Positions 9,051 to 19,537 are shown, numbered from the stretch's first letter. The stretch: 64,000 nucleotides of DNA from Acidobacteriaceae bacterium (GCA_043788745.1 JAYVTO010000310.1:1168-65167), one strand, 5' to 3'. Numbers and translations: made by a program. Notes: a model not told the origin generated them from the sequence alone.

Positions 9051-10427
9051 TCACTTCGGCCGATAACCCCACTTCGAAACCAGGAAGTCGAGAATCGCGC
9101 TCCGGTCATCGGGCTTCAACTGCGGAGCACCCCAGTTCACCATCTTCGTGACTTCGCGATCCCACTGCGCGCGTGTCAGGCGCTGTTGCTCCATCACATC
9201 CGCGCCATGGCACGGCAGGCATGCCGCGCGTACGTTGGCCGGAATCTCCTTCACTGCAATCGACGACGTCGCAGGCGCCGCAGCGCCCTTGGGCTCTGTC
9301 GCCACAGCCTCGACGCCGACGCGATGCACCGTGTTGTTCTGATATCCGCTCGGATTCCATTCCGGAGCGAAGGGTTGGATCGCACCCGCCGTCTTCGCGC
9401 GCGCCATCAGATTGTAGTAGCCCTCCGCCGGAGTCCAATTCCCTCGGAACAGCCGCCAGCCGAACTGCGATTTGTCCGTGCCGAGCACGGCGGGTTTCCA
9501 CGAGCGGCCGCCATCGACGCTGACATCGACGCCCGTCACCGGGCCGTCGTCACCAGCCCACGCGGCTCCCGCGATCACCGTCGGCTTGCCCGCCGCGACC
9601 TGCGAACCAATCAGCGGAGTCGCGATCACGCTCTTCACGCGCAGGCTCTGCACGGGCCGCATCTTATCTGGCGGCACCGCGACTCCGGGAGCCGCGAGCT
9701 TCTCAGGATACCGGTACGCCGTCTTCATAAAGAAGCCGTCGAACTCTTTGTCCAACACTTGAATTCGCGTCAGCCACTTCACCCACGAATCGCTCGCCCA
9801 GCCCGGCACGATCACGCGCAGCGGAAAGCCGTGCGCCACCGGGAGCGCCTGCCCGTTCATTTCGTACGCGAGCATCGTGTTCGGATGCAGCGCGCGCTTC
9901 GTCGGAATCGTGCGTTGAAAGTCCGGCATGGTTCCAACAGGAACGTCCGCGCCGTCGAACAGCACGTCCACCGCCGAGGGCTTTATGCCAGCCTTCTTCA
10001 ACACGTCCGCCAGCCGAACACCGGTCCACTTCGCGTTGCCGACGCCGCCGTACTCCCATTGCAAACCCGGCATGGAAGGTTCGTACAGCGATCGCCCGTT
10101 GCCGGCGCACTCGCACACGCTCACCATCTCGACCTTGGGCAGCTTCTTCAGGTCATCCAACGACAACGAAAGCGGCGTCGCCACCTCGCCCTCGACGGAG
10201 AGCTTGTACGATTCGATCTCGACCGTCGGCGTGTAGTGATGGCTGCGGACGAAGAAGTTCTCGATCGGCGTCAGATAGTGCTGAAAGCCGGACATCGGCA
10301 TCTCGGCGTCATAGGGCCGCGCCGAACGCACGATCATGTCGCGCTTCGTGTCATCCGCTCCTGGCAGGGAGGAGGCAGCGGCAAACGAGGCCGCGAGTTG
10401 AAACATCTTTCTTCGGGAGTAATTCAT
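9051..10427 (-). CDS. Sulfite-oxidase-family molybdopterin oxidoreductase fused to a C-terminal cytochrome c domain
   Basis: Tat-like leader SRRKMFQLAASFAAASSLPGA. Mo-ligand Cys context VSVCECAGNGRS. Mo-co dimerisation-like middle region. C-terminal CLPCHG heme-c motif. Confidence 0.85.
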   Translation of the reverse strand: MNYSRRKMFQLAASFAAASSLPGADDTKRDMIVRSARPYDAEMPMSGFQHYLTPIENFFVRSHHYTPTVEIESYKLSVEGEVATPLSLSLDDLKKLPKVEMVSVCECAGNGRSLYEPSMPGLQWEYGGVGNAKWTGVRLADVLKKAGIKPSAVDVLFDGADVPVGTMPDFQRTIPTKRALHPNTMLAYEMNGQALPVAHGFPLRVIVPGWASDSWVKWLTRIQVLDKEFDGFFMKTAYRYPEKLAAPGVAVPPDKMRPVQSLRVKSVIATPLIGSQVAAGKPTVIAGAAWAGDDGPVTGVDVSVDGGRSWKPAVLGTDKSQFGWRLFRGNWTPAEGYYNLMARAKTAGAIQPFAPEWNPSGYQNNTVHRVGVEAVATEPKGAAAPATSSIAVKEIPANVRAACLPCHGADVMEQQRLTRAQWDREVTKMVNWGAPQLKPDDRSAILDFLVSKWGYRPK

Positions 10428-10442
10428 GAGTACCTTTGGGTT

Positions 10443-12236
10443 CTACTGGGTCCAATCGATGTTGTGAGAACTGATCCCGCCGTCTTTCACCGCAACGGAA
10501 AACTCGCGGCTTTGGCCGTCTTTCATGACTTGCACTTTATACTGACCCACCGGCAGCGTAAACGTCGCCGGCGTCTTCGCGGGCTGATCTCGACCTGCGA
10601 TCTGGACGGTCAAGCCGGAGGGCGTCGAGGTAATGTTCACGACGCCGGTCATGCGCGAGAGAACGACGCTGAGATTCGCATCGCGCGGCAGTTCGATGAT
10701 CTTCTGCTGCTCGCGATACCCATCCAGGCGAATCACCATGGTGTGGCGTCCGGCGTCAAGCGGCAAATTGCACGGCGTCTTGCAGCCGAGTGCGCTGTTG
10801 TTATCGACGATGACTTCTGCTCCGACCGGCGTCGTCGTTAACTGCAGCGGGACTTCGGCCGCCGCCGGAGTTCGCTTCGCGATCGGCTTTTCGGTGCTCA
10901 CGGGCGGCGGTGCGTCGGCGGCGACCGGCGGCTTCTCGACTTCCTGCTTCGGAGTGTCGGGCTTCTTCGGTACCTCTACGGGCGGTTGCACCGGTTCGGG
11001 TGGTTTCGTTGCAGGTTCCTCCGCGACGGGGCTCTTGCCGGCCGCCGCCGGACCGCTTGCTATGTACATCTTCAGAGCAATGAATCCGCCACCCAGAATC
11101 AACACCGTGACTACGGCTGCAAGCACCTTCTTCGCAAGACCCGTGGATCCGGCAGCCTTGGACGGTTCCGATGACGTTGGACGCACCGGAATCAGCGGCG
11201 TCGGCGTCGGTTCTTGATAGCGCGGCGGCTCAGGAAGCGCTAGAGTTGGCTCCACTACTGTGCTGACCGGAATCATTGCGGTCGCGACCAGGCGCGTGTC
11301 CGCCGGTGGCGGAGCGAGTGGGCCGAACCCAAGATCTGCGATCGTCTCAAGCGAACTCGACGTCGCAATCGTGGGTAGATTCTGTCCCGCACCGCGCGGC
11401 AATGGCGTCCATCCGGGATTGGTGTTGCAAGCAGCCGACAGCGCGTTGATGAACTCCACACACGTCGGATAGCGGTCCGCCGCGGGCTTTGCTAGCGCTT
11501 TCAAGAACACCGTTTCCACAATCGGAGGCAATGTTGAGTTGATGCGTTGCGGCGGAATCGGATCCTCGCGAACGATCTTGTAGAGCAGCGTCGGCAGGTA
11601 CTCGGCTGAAAACGGCTTCTCTCCGGTCAGTACTTCGTACGCCATCACCGCTAATGAAAACTGATCGGCGCGTCCGTCGATGGTTGTTCCCTGTACCTGC
11701 TCGGGCGACATGTAACTCGGCGTGCCCATCATCGTGCCCGCCTGCGTCATCTGCTGCGAGACGATCTTCGCGACGCCGAAATCGGTAACCTTCGCCGACC
11801 CATCTTCGTGGATCATCACATTCGCGGGCTTGATGTCGCGATGAACGATTCCCTTTTTGTGAGCGAAATCGAGAGCCGCCGCAATCTGCCGAAGAATATT
11901 GATTAGCGTTTCTTTGTCGGGCGTCTGCTCACTCTGCAGCAATTTCTCAAGCGGCGGGCCGTTGACAAACTCCATGAAAATGTAGGCGAGGCCCTCATCT
12001 TCGGCGATGTCGTAAATCGTAACAATGCCGGGATGCGAGAGAATACCCGCCGACTGCGCCTCGCGGAATAGCCGCTCCCGAAGCTTCACGCGCTCGGATT
12101 CGTCGGTCAGTTCAGTGAGGCGAATCGTTTTGACAGCAATGGTTCTGCCGATCGCCGGATCGAGTGCGCGGTACACGACGCCCATTGCGCCGCGGCCCAA
12201 TTCTTCGACAACCTTATATCGCCCAATCTGGTCCAC
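10443..12236 (-). CDS. Ser/Thr protein kinase with TM segment, Pro-rich linker and two PEGA-like C-terminal domains
   Basis: Hanks kinase motifs GRGAMGVVY, VAVK, HRDIKPANV, DFG, SPE. PEGA-like repeats TTTPVGAEVIVDN...GRHTMVIRLDGY and ITSTPSGLTVQIAG...GQYKVQVMKDG. GTG start. Confidence 0.9.
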   Translation of the reverse strand: MDQIGRYKVVEELGRGAMGVVYRALDPAIGRTIAVKTIRLTELTDESERVKLRERLFREAQSAGILSHPGIVTIYDIAEDEGLAYIFMEFVNGPPLEKLLQSEQTPDKETLINILRQIAAALDFAHKKGIVHRDIKPANVMIHEDGSAKVTDFGVAKIVSQQMTQAGTMMGTPSYMSPEQVQGTTIDGRADQFSLAVMAYEVLTGEKPFSAEYLPTLLYKIVREDPIPPQRINSTLPPIVETVFLKALAKPAADRYPTCVEFINALSAACNTNPGWTPLPRGAGQNLPTIATSSSLETIADLGFGPLAPPPADTRLVATAMIPVSTVVEPTLALPEPPRYQEPTPTPLIPVRPTSSEPSKAAGSTGLAKKVLAAVVTVLILGGGFIALKMYIASGPAAAGKSPVAEEPATKPPEPVQPPVEVPKKPDTPKQEVEKPPVAADAPPPVSTEKPIAKRTPAAAEVPLQLTTTPVGAEVIVDNNSALGCKTPCNLPLDAGRHTMVIRLDGYREQQKIIELPRDANLSVVLSRMTGVVNITSTPSGLTVQIAGRDQPAKTPATFTLPVGQYKVQVMKDGQSREFSVAVKDGGISSHNIDWTQ

Positions 12237-12354
12237 GCTGTGACCTCGATTGTAGCAATCACGTCGCGCAGGCGTCTTCGAATGCCCCCGCAGCCCGACT
12301 CTCCGGCCGTCGGGAAGCGCGGAATCCCGTTCCCGACGATCGCGATTGCCGCGC

Positions 12355-15300
12355 CTACTTCCCGATCTGCGCCAGCAACTCTTTCACCGCGGCATCCAAC
12401 TGCGAATCGCGGCCGGTGTAGGATTCGCCGATCGGCCGCGTCACGGCAATATCCACGGGCCGTGGATTGTTCTCCATGTTCTTGCCATCCGCCCCCAAAA
12501 CCAGCGTCCCCGGCATCCGCATGCTCGATCCATCGATCAAGTCCATCGAACCCGTGTAGATGATCCAACCCGACGTTGGTTCTCCCACCACTTTCCCTAG
12601 TTTCAGCGTCCGGTACCCTTCGGTGAAATCTTCTGCGTCTGAAAGCGAATGTTGATTCGTCACCAGAATCGTCGGCAACTCCAGTGACCGCTGCCCCAGA
12701 TTCGTGCGCGCCGGACTCGGCGGGCCACCGCGGTTCTGCATGGTCATGTAGCCTCGCCGAGTCAACACATCGAGCGCGTATGCGTTGACGAAGCCGCCGT
12801 TGTTGTTGCGAATATCGATCACCACGCCGGCCTTCGCGCGGTTCTCCGAATCGAGATCCAGATACAACTGCCTCAGCGCGTTTTCAGACATATCGCGAAT
12901 ATGGACGTAGCCCAACTTGCTGTTGCTGGCCTTCAGTACGTAGGCTCGATTGTCTTCCACCCATTTGCGATACGTCTGCTCCGCGAGCGAAGCTACCGGC
13001 TGCAGCACAACTTCGCGCCCGCCGACATCGAGCACAACGCGCTTGTTGATCTTGTTTTGCAATAACTCGTCGAGATTTGTTTGCGCACTAATCTGCACGC
13101 CGTCGACCGCCCGCAACTCTTCGCCGGCCTGGATCTTCGCGATCCACGCCGGCGAATTCGGTAGTACCCCGCTGATCTTCATCACGCCTGTGCGCTCGTA
13201 CTCCGCACGATCGAACGTCACTCCCAATTGACCAACCACTCCGCGCGGACCAGCCGCACCCGCTCCACGTGGGGCCGGAGCCGAGACGCCGGAATGCGAA
13301 GCGTTCAGTTCGCCCACCATCAGGCGCAGCAGCTTACGCAACTCCTCCGGCGTCCGAGCCCCCGCGACCAACGGCGCATACTGCTTGCGCACTGCGTTCC
13401 AATCGACGCCGTGCATCCTGGCATCGTAAAAGCCGTCGCGCTGCCCGGCCCACGCTTCTTCAAACACGGCGATCTTTTCTTTGTCGAAATCGACGTCCAT
13501 CTCCGCATTCACATTCACTGCGCGCGCGACCCGTGTGTCGAGAGAGATCACTTGCAGGCGCGCGCCTTCGAGATAAAACACCTCGCGGCCGTCCGGACTG
13601 AATTGTGCGCGCTGCTTCGGAGCCGCGGTCGACGTCAATTGACGCGCCACGCGCTCGCCGCGCGCTGCCTCTTCAAGTGGATAAAGATACAAATTCGTCT
13701 GTCCGCCGACCTGCGCCGAGACCAGCAACGTCTTTCCATCCGGGCTGATCTGCGGATTGCTGACCTCAAGGCCGATCGGCAGGAAGGTCACGCGCTCGCG
13801 AATTCCGTCGAATACAATCTCGACAGGCTTTACCGCGGGCTTCTCCGCCGCTGCCGCCGGACCGCGTCCACGCGGCGCCTCCGGCTTGAACAAGTCGTCG
13901 AACCGTTCCTCACGGAACTTCGGCTGTTGTGGCACCAGGTCGACGCGCGCAACCTGCGGTGTCTCAGTGCGTTGGCTGGTCACGAATAAGAGGGACTTCC
14001 CGTCCGGATGCCACTGCAGCGAACTCGCGCTTGTATTGGCGAGAAAGGTAATCTGCCGCGGAGTGCCGCCCGCCGCCGGAACAACATGGACGTTGCGCAA
14101 CGCGCGCTCCCCGGACGTTATAAATGCGATCCATTTGCTGTCCGGCGACCACGCCGCACCGCTTCCCGGACCGAATCCACCGCCAAGCGCACCCGTCGCG
14201 AGTACGCGATCCTGCTTCGACTCAAGATCCAGCACATGCAGTTCGTTGCGCTCGCGCAAATAAGCGAGCATCTTCCCGTCGGGCGAAACGCGCGGTGCGC
14301 CGTCGGATTTCGGCCCCGACGTCAACTGGGTCTCGGTTCGCTTACCGAAGTCATAAATGTACAGATGCGTCACGGCGTCCCGCTCGCTCGCGTAGATTAC
14401 TCGCGCCGAATCCGTGGCCCATGCCACCTGCGATTCCGGGCCCGGCGTCTGCGTCACGCGCACAGCCTCGCCGCCGTCGCGCGCCGATGCTGCAAACACT
14501 TCGCCGTGCCCGACCAGAGCGATCTTACGCGCATCCGGAGACAAGGCCAGATCGTTGAACTGCGCCACCGTCAGCCGCGTGATGCCCGGCGTCACCGACG
14601 ATCCACTCAACGTAATCGGCACTGCAAACGCCTCGCCCGTCTTCGTGTCCAGCTGCCAGATCCTGAAGTCGTGTTCGAATACAATCGACTTGCCGTCGTA
14701 GCCAATCGAAGGCCACAAGACCCGACCACTCGTGAACTTCGTAACCTGCTTCATCTTTGCTCCGGCATTCGCGCCGCCGCCCAGTGGCATTGTCCAGAGG
14801 TTCTGCGTGCCGCCGCGATCCGACATGAAGTACAACTGCTTTCCATCGGGCATCCACATCGGCCAAACGTTGCGGCCTTTCAAATCGACAACTTTCTCGT
14901 ACGCGCCATTCTCTTTACGCAGCCAGATTTCCGATTCGTCCAGATGGCTATGCCCGTTGCGCCACCACTGCTGATCACCATTGCCGCGCGCCGCGAATGC
15001 GATTGTTGCGCCGTCCGGCGCAGGCGCGGCCTGAAATTCGTTTGTGAACCGGTCGGCGCTCACCGCCATCGGAGTGCCGCCTTCGGTGCGGACGCGGAAC
15101 AGATCGTTCTTGCGGCCCACGTCTTTTGTTCCCGACGAAAAGTAAATCCAGCGCCCATCACGCGACCACGCATCCAGTTGCTCCGCGCCATCGTCGAACG
15201 TCATTCGCTTCAATTCTCCGGTCGCGATCGTCAGCACGTAGATGTCGCCATCGCCCGTGCGCGTCGATAGAAACGCCAGCCGCGTCCCATCCGGCGAATA

Positions 15301-15510
15301 CAGCGGTCGCGACTCTTCCGCGGGGTGCGAGACCAGAAGGTGCGCTTCGCCGCCTTTCAATGGCGCCACCCAGATGTCCCCGCCCGAGACGAATGCGATC
15401 TCCGGACGTGTCGGGCAGATTGCCGGTTCCGTCAAGTACGGGACGCCCGCGCCATAAGCGGAGGCAAACGAACATAGGCCGACGAAGGCCAGAGAAAAGA
15501 CAATGCGCAT
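12355..15510 (-). CDS. Tricorn-protease-like peptidase (TolB-type propellers + PDZ + S41 domain), secreted
   Basis: ORF 12355..15708 trimmed to ATG 15510 (MRIVFSLAFVGLCSFASAYGAG signal peptide). Repeated SPDG/WSPDS propeller blades, a PDZ-like region and a C-terminal S41-like region (IRNNNGG). Confidence 0.9.
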   Translation of the reverse strand: MRIVFSLAFVGLCSFASAYGAGVPYLTEPAICPTRPEIAFVSGGDIWVAPLKGGEAHLLVSHPAEESRPLYSPDGTRLAFLSTRTGDGDIYVLTIATGELKRMTFDDGAEQLDAWSRDGRWIYFSSGTKDVGRKNDLFRVRTEGGTPMAVSADRFTNEFQAAPAPDGATIAFAARGNGDQQWWRNGHSHLDESEIWLRKENGAYEKVVDLKGRNVWPMWMPDGKQLYFMSDRGGTQNLWTMPLGGGANAGAKMKQVTKFTSGRVLWPSIGYDGKSIVFEHDFRIWQLDTKTGEAFAVPITLSGSSVTPGITRLTVAQFNDLALSPDARKIALVGHGEVFAASARDGGEAVRVTQTPGPESQVAWATDSARVIYASERDAVTHLYIYDFGKRTETQLTSGPKSDGAPRVSPDGKMLAYLRERNELHVLDLESKQDRVLATGALGGGFGPGSGAAWSPDSKWIAFITSGERALRNVHVVPAAGGTPRQITFLANTSASSLQWHPDGKSLLFVTSQRTETPQVARVDLVPQQPKFREERFDDLFKPEAPRGRGPAAAAEKPAVKPVEIVFDGIRERVTFLPIGLEVSNPQISPDGKTLLVSAQVGGQTNLYLYPLEEAARGERVARQLTSTAAPKQRAQFSPDGREVFYLEGARLQVISLDTRVARAVNVNAEMDVDFDKEKIAVFEEAWAGQRDGFYDARMHGVDWNAVRKQYAPLVAGARTPEELRKLLRLMVGELNASHSGVSAPAPRGAGAAGPRGVVGQLGVTFDRAEYERTGVMKISGVLPNSPAWIAKIQAGEELRAVDGVQISAQTNLDELLQNKINKRVVLDVGGREVVLQPVASLAEQTYRKWVEDNRAYVLKASNSKLGYVHIRDMSENALRQLYLDLDSENRAKAGVVIDIRNNNGGFVNAYALDVLTRRGYMTMQNRGGPPSPARTNLGQRSLELPTILVTNQHSLSDAEDFTEGYRTLKLGKVVGEPTSGWIIYTGSMDLIDGSSMRMPGTLVLGADGKNMENNPRPVDIAVTRPIGESYTGRDSQLDAAVKELLAQIGK

Positions 15511-15580
15511 GGTCCTACCTGTATACCGCAGCGGACCTCGTTTCCGTAAGCCCTGTACAGACCGGATAGAATGAAGCAAT

Positions 15581-16819
15581 ATGGCTTCTATTGTTCGCCG
15601 CCGGTCGGTGGCGGTTAATGTCGGCGGTGTCATGGTCGGTGGCTCGAATCCGATTGTCGTGCAATCCATGACCAACACCGACACGGCGGATACTGTATCC
15701 ACGGTCAATCAGGTGATGGCGCTGGCCACCGCCGGCTCTGAAATCGTTCGCGTCACCGTGAATACCGATGAGGCCGCGGCCGCTGTCCCCAAGATCGTCG
15801 AAACGCTGCGCATGTTCGGCTGCACCGTGCCCATCGTCGGCGACTTCCACTACAACGGCCATCTGTTGTTGAAGAAGTATCCCGAGATGGCGCGTTCGCT
15901 CGCGAAGTACCGTATCAATCCCGGGAACGTCAACATCGGCAAGAGGCACGATGACAACTTCCGCGCCATGATCGAATTCGCGGTCGAGTACCAGAAGCCC
16001 GTCCGTATCGGCGTCAATTGGGGCTCGCTCGACGGCGCCCTGCTCACGCGCATGATGGATGAGAATAATCTCCTCCCGGATCCGCTCGACGCCAGGACCG
16101 TCACCTTGCGCGCCATCGTTGTGAGCGCTCTCGAATCCGCGGCGGCCGCCGAAAAGTACGGCTTACGCCGCGACCAGATTCTATTGAGCGCCAAAGTGTC
16201 CGGCGTTCAGGATCTCATTCAGGTCTACCGGATGCTGGCGCCGGAGTGCGACTACGCGCTCCACTTAGGCCTCACCGAAGCTGGCCTGGGAGCAAAGGGC
16301 ATCGTCGCGACGACAGCCGCGCTCAGCGTTCTCCTCCAGGAAGGGATCGGCGACACCATCCGCGCCTCTCTCACACCGTTGCCGAATGGCGATCGTACCG
16401 AAGAAGTCATCGTCTCCCAGCAGATTTTGCAGTCACTCGAGCTTCGCAGTTTCACGCCGCAAGTGACCGCCTGCCCAGGTTGCGGCCGGACGACGAGTAC
16501 GTTCTTCCAGGACATGGCCGACCAGATTCAGAACTATCTGCGCGATCAGATGCCTGTTTGGAAAGGCAAGCACTCCGGCGTCGAAGAGATGAAGGTCGCC
16601 GTCATGGGCTGCATCGTGAATGGACCGGGCGAATCGAAGCACGCCAATCTTGGTATCTCGTTACCCGGCACGTTTGAAGAACCGGTCGCGCCCGTTTACG
16701 TGGATGGCAAACTAAAGTGCACTCTCCGCGGCGACCACATCGTTGCCGAGTTCATCCAACTCGTCAACGCCTATGTCGAGTCTCATTACGCGACGGCCAG
16801 CGAAACAGTTGGCGTGTAG
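15581..16819 (+). CDS. ispG: 4-hydroxy-3-methylbut-2-en-1-yl diphosphate synthase (flavodoxin)
   Basis: [27 protein letters not shown]..., RVTVN, and the C-terminal CPGCGRT plus GCIVNGPGE cluster-ligand motifs are characteristic of IspG/GcpE. Confidence 0.95.
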   Translation: MASIVRRRSVAVNVGGVMVGGSNPIVVQSMTNTDTADTVSTVNQVMALATAGSEIVRVTVNTDEAAAAVPKIVETLRMFGCTVPIVGDFHYNGHLLLKKYPEMARSLAKYRINPGNVNIGKRHDDNFRAMIEFAVEYQKPVRIGVNWGSLDGALLTRMMDENNLLPDPLDARTVTLRAIVVSALESAAAAEKYGLRRDQILLSAKVSGVQDLIQVYRMLAPECDYALHLGLTEAGLGAKGIVATTAALSVLLQEGIGDTIRASLTPLPNGDRTEEVIVSQQILQSLELRSFTPQVTACPGCGRTTSTFFQDMADQIQNYLRDQMPVWKGKHSGVEEMKVAVMGCIVNGPGESKHANLGISLPGTFEEPVAPVYVDGKLKCTLRGDHIVAEFIQLVNAYVESHYATASETVGV

Positions 16820-17051
16820 CGCCGTCCAACGATCGTGATCAAAATAACGGCCAAACGGTCGCGCATAGTTTCTGCTCCGCCAACCCTCCCACGCCAATCT
16901 CGACCAGCAATCCCCGCTCTGGCGGTCCGTCAGGATGAATCAATGGCCCTGGCTCTTTGCAGGAATCACGGTACCCAACGCCGCTCACGAATTCCAAGCC
17001 GAAGTCCGCGCCGGTCGCTGGTACGAAGAGCGAAGACTTCGATCAGTATCT

Positions 17052-17072
17052 GTATATACTCCGGTATATACT
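17052..17072 (+). promoter_or_regulatory. Direct repeat GTATATACT-N3-GTATATACT upstream of vapB (candidate operator / -10 elements)
   Basis: Two perfect 9-nt copies at 17052-17060 and 17064-17072. The second ends 6 nt before the vapB ATG (17079) and contains TATACT. No clear Shine-Dalgarno lies between. Confidence 0.35.
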
Positions 17073-17078
17073 GAGAGC

Positions 17079-17309
17079 ATGGCGATGACCAAAGTCTTCC
17101 AGAGCGGCAACTCGCAGGCGGTCCGGATTCCGCGTGAATTCAAGATCGATGCCGAAGAGATCGAAATCGTCAGAGTCGGTCAGGATCTTGTTCTGAGGAC
17201 CCCTCAAAAGAACCTGGGTCGTGCCTACGACATTCTGCTTGCCATGCCGAAGGACTTCTTCCGGGAAGGTAGAAAGCAGCCGAAAGCGGAAAAACGGCTG
17301 GAACTGTAA
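17079..17309 (+). CDS. vapB: VapB-type antitoxin (AbrB/MazE/SpoVT fold)
   Basis: MAMTKVFQSGNSQAVRIPREFKIDAEEIEIVRVGQDLVL is the SpoVT/AbrB swapped-hairpin signature. The stop overlaps the vapC ATG (TAATG). Confidence 0.85.
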   Translation: MAMTKVFQSGNSQAVRIPREFKIDAEEIEIVRVGQDLVLRTPQKNLGRAYDILLAMPKDFFREGRKQPKAEKRLEL

Positions 17310-17704
17310 TGTTCCTCCTCGATACGAACATCTGCATCTACATCTCGAAGAATCCTGCGCCAAGTCTCCGTGCGAAGTTCGAGGCAGCCTCTGCCGAGGG
17401 CGTGGCCATGTCCGTCGTCTCCTATGCGGAGCTTTGCTTCGGCGCGGCCAAGAGTTCTCGGACAGAACTAGTCATGCAAGGACTCCGAGAACTTCGAGAG
17501 TTGGTTCCAGTTTTGCCGCTGACAGAACAAGCGGGTGAGATCTATGGGAAATTGCGGCGTGACCTTGAACGGCGACGCCTCCCGATCGGTGCTCACGACA
17601 TGCTGATTGCGGCCCATACGATTGCCCTGGGTGCAACGCTTGTGACGAACAACCTCGGGGCATTCCATCGGATCCCTGACCTTAAACTCGACAACTGGGT
17701 GTAG
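17309..17704 (+). CDS. vapC: VapC PIN-domain ribonuclease toxin
   Basis: MFLLDTNICIYI (first acidic residue), SYAEL, DMLIAAHTIALGATLVTNN (PIN C-terminal acidic motif). 131 aa. Confidence 0.9.
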   Translation: MFLLDTNICIYISKNPAPSLRAKFEAASAEGVAMSVVSYAELCFGAAKSSRTELVMQGLRELRELVPVLPLTEQAGEIYGKLRRDLERRRLPIGAHDMLIAAHTIALGATLVTNNLGAFHRIPDLKLDNWV

Positions 17705-17757
17705 AAGCCCAGGACTCGCGTGCTTAGCGCCAAGCACGAGAAGCTTCGTGACAAAAT

Positions 17758-17789
17758 CACAGAGGGCCGCGCGAACGCGGCCCTCTGTG
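17758..17789. terminator. Perfect 14-bp stem hairpin between convergent vapC and the oxidoreductase gene
   Basis: CACAGAGGGCCGCG-CGAA-CGCGGCCCTCTGTG. On the minus strand it is followed by ATTTTG. A smaller hairpin (17719-17738) follows the vapC stop. Confidence 0.6.
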
Positions 17790-17805
17790 AGTCCGTAGAG
17801 CGCAA

Positions 17806-19134
17806 CTACACCTTGTCCGGCACCACGTACGGCGTACGGTAGGCGCGCGTCAGCAGCTTGTTGGCCTCTGCATCGCCTTTGCACGTGAACGTCTCGTGGT
17901 CGAACTGAATCGTCCGTCCGACGCGGTACGAGATGTTCGCCAGATGCATCAGCACGCTTGAGATCGCGCCTTCCTCGATCTCCCCGTTCAACATCTCGCG
18001 CTTGTTCTCCTTCACCGCTTCGATGAAGTTGCGCCAGTTGTTGCCGCCCTTATTGCCCGCCGGTCCACGCTCCTGATCGCGGCCGAGGAAGAACTGGTAC
18101 TTGTTGTACCCGTCGATCGCCATGTACCCTTTGCTGCCGTAGAAGACGTTGCCGACGGTGTTGGAATCCATCCTGCCGTCTTTCTTCTTCTCCTCGCCGA
18201 TCTCCGCTTCGTGATTCGACATCCAGTGGCGCACGTCGAATTGCAGGATACGCTTCTTGCCGCCTTCGTCAAACTCAAAATTCGCCGAGATTGTGTTGGG
18301 CGTTTCCTGGTCGTCGTCGAACATAAAGTGCCCGCCCATCGCGCTGACCTTCGTCGGATACTTCACGCCCAGGCCCCAACGCGCGATGTCGACTTCGTGG
18401 ATGCCCTGGTTGCCGATGTCGCCGTTGCCGTAGTCCCAGAACCAATGCCACTTGTAATGGAAACGATTCTGCGTGAACTCACGCTTCGGCGCGGGTCCAA
18501 GCCATTCGTTGTAATCCACGCCGGCGGGCACGGGCTCTACCTTCGCGCGGCCGATGGTGTCGCGCCACTTGTAGCAGAGGCCGCGCGCCATGTAAACATC
18601 GCCGATAAGGCCGTCCTGCATCTTCTGCATCGCCTCGCGGACCGCGACGCCGGAGCGCGCGTTCACGCCGTGCGAAACGATCTTCCCGTATTTCCGCGTT
18701 GCTGCGACGATCTGCTTTGCTTCAAAAACATTGTGCGAACAAGGCTTCTCGCAGTACACATGCTTGCCCGCCTGCAAGGACCAGATGGTCTGCAGCGTGT
18801 GCTGGTGATTCGGCGTCGCGATCGACACCGCATCGATCGACTTGTTCTCCAACATCTTTCGGATGTTGTTGTACGAGGCGGGCCGAGGCTTGCCGGCCTT
18901 CTCCACTTCCCCGAGACGCATGTTGCGGATGTTGTCGTCGATGTCGACGAGCGCCGCGACTTCGACGTCAGGCATCGCGAGGTACGTCTTGATATGCGAA
19001 TTTCCCTGGCCCTTCGTGCCAACCACGGCAACGCGGATCCGGTCGTTCGCGCTCGCTAACTTCGGGCGTGACAGCCCGGCTGCAGCCGCGGCACCCATCA
19101 AAAAGTAACGGCGATTCAGGTTGAGTGTGTCCAT
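17806..19134 (-). CDS. Gfo/Idh/MocA family oxidoreductase with Tat signal
   Basis: Tat leader NRRYFLMGAAAAAGLSRPKLASA. Rossmann IRVAVVGTKGQGNSH. Conserved EKP (VYCEKPCSHN). Confidence 0.9.
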   Translation of the reverse strand: MDTLNLNRRYFLMGAAAAAGLSRPKLASANDRIRVAVVGTKGQGNSHIKTYLAMPDVEVAALVDIDDNIRNMRLGEVEKAGKPRPASYNNIRKMLENKSIDAVSIATPNHQHTLQTIWSLQAGKHVYCEKPCSHNVFEAKQIVAATRKYGKIVSHGVNARSGVAVREAMQKMQDGLIGDVYMARGLCYKWRDTIGRAKVEPVPAGVDYNEWLGPAPKREFTQNRFHYKWHWFWDYGNGDIGNQGIHEVDIARWGLGVKYPTKVSAMGGHFMFDDDQETPNTISANFEFDEGGKKRILQFDVRHWMSNHEAEIGEEKKKDGRMDSNTVGNVFYGSKGYMAIDGYNKYQFFLGRDQERGPAGNKGGNNWRNFIEAVKENKREMLNGEIEEGAISSVLMHLANISYRVGRTIQFDHETFTCKGDAEANKLLTRAYRTPYVVPDKV

Positions 19135-19537
19135 AGGATTGCCTTACCTCCCTCCAGGGAGGATACTACACCGATCCACGCGATGCTGGACCGCGAACCC
19201 AGATCCCTCGCCCGTTCTGCCAGGGGCTGCGGGCGCCAACTTCACGCCCAACGTCCCGGCGGATCCGTCCGGTAATGTCAGAACGGTGTGCTTTGCGACC
19301 TTCGCCAAGCTCATCGATAAGCAGCCGAAGCAGGATCGAAGTGAAGTTCGTTTCCGACGAATGTTCCGCCAATAGACGGCACTCTGCGGCAGCGCTGGGC
19401 CGGATGTTCGCGGCCGACGCTGCCTGTTGTCCCTAGCTTTGCTGCTAGCAAGCTAGGACGTGCCGGTCGTTCTTACGTCGACCTGATAAGCACCATTATC
19501 GGAGTGCAATAGATCTCGCTTCGTTAAAATTCGGAAT

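Noticed and set aside
9186-10841. 551-aa plus-strand ORF spanning the sulfite-oxidase and kinase genes
   Set aside because: This Arg/His-rich shadow frame crosses the boundary of two well-supported minus-strand genes.
14008-15270. 420-aa plus-strand ORF inside the tricorn-like gene
   Set aside because: Antisense shadow ORF with low-complexity Arg-rich sequence. The minus-strand product has propeller/PDZ/S41 architecture.
15640-15660. tRNA T-arm-like GGCTCGAATCC
   Set aside because: It lies inside the ispG coding sequence (GGSNPIV), and no acceptor or anticodon stems can be drawn. I found no tRNA elsewhere by eye.
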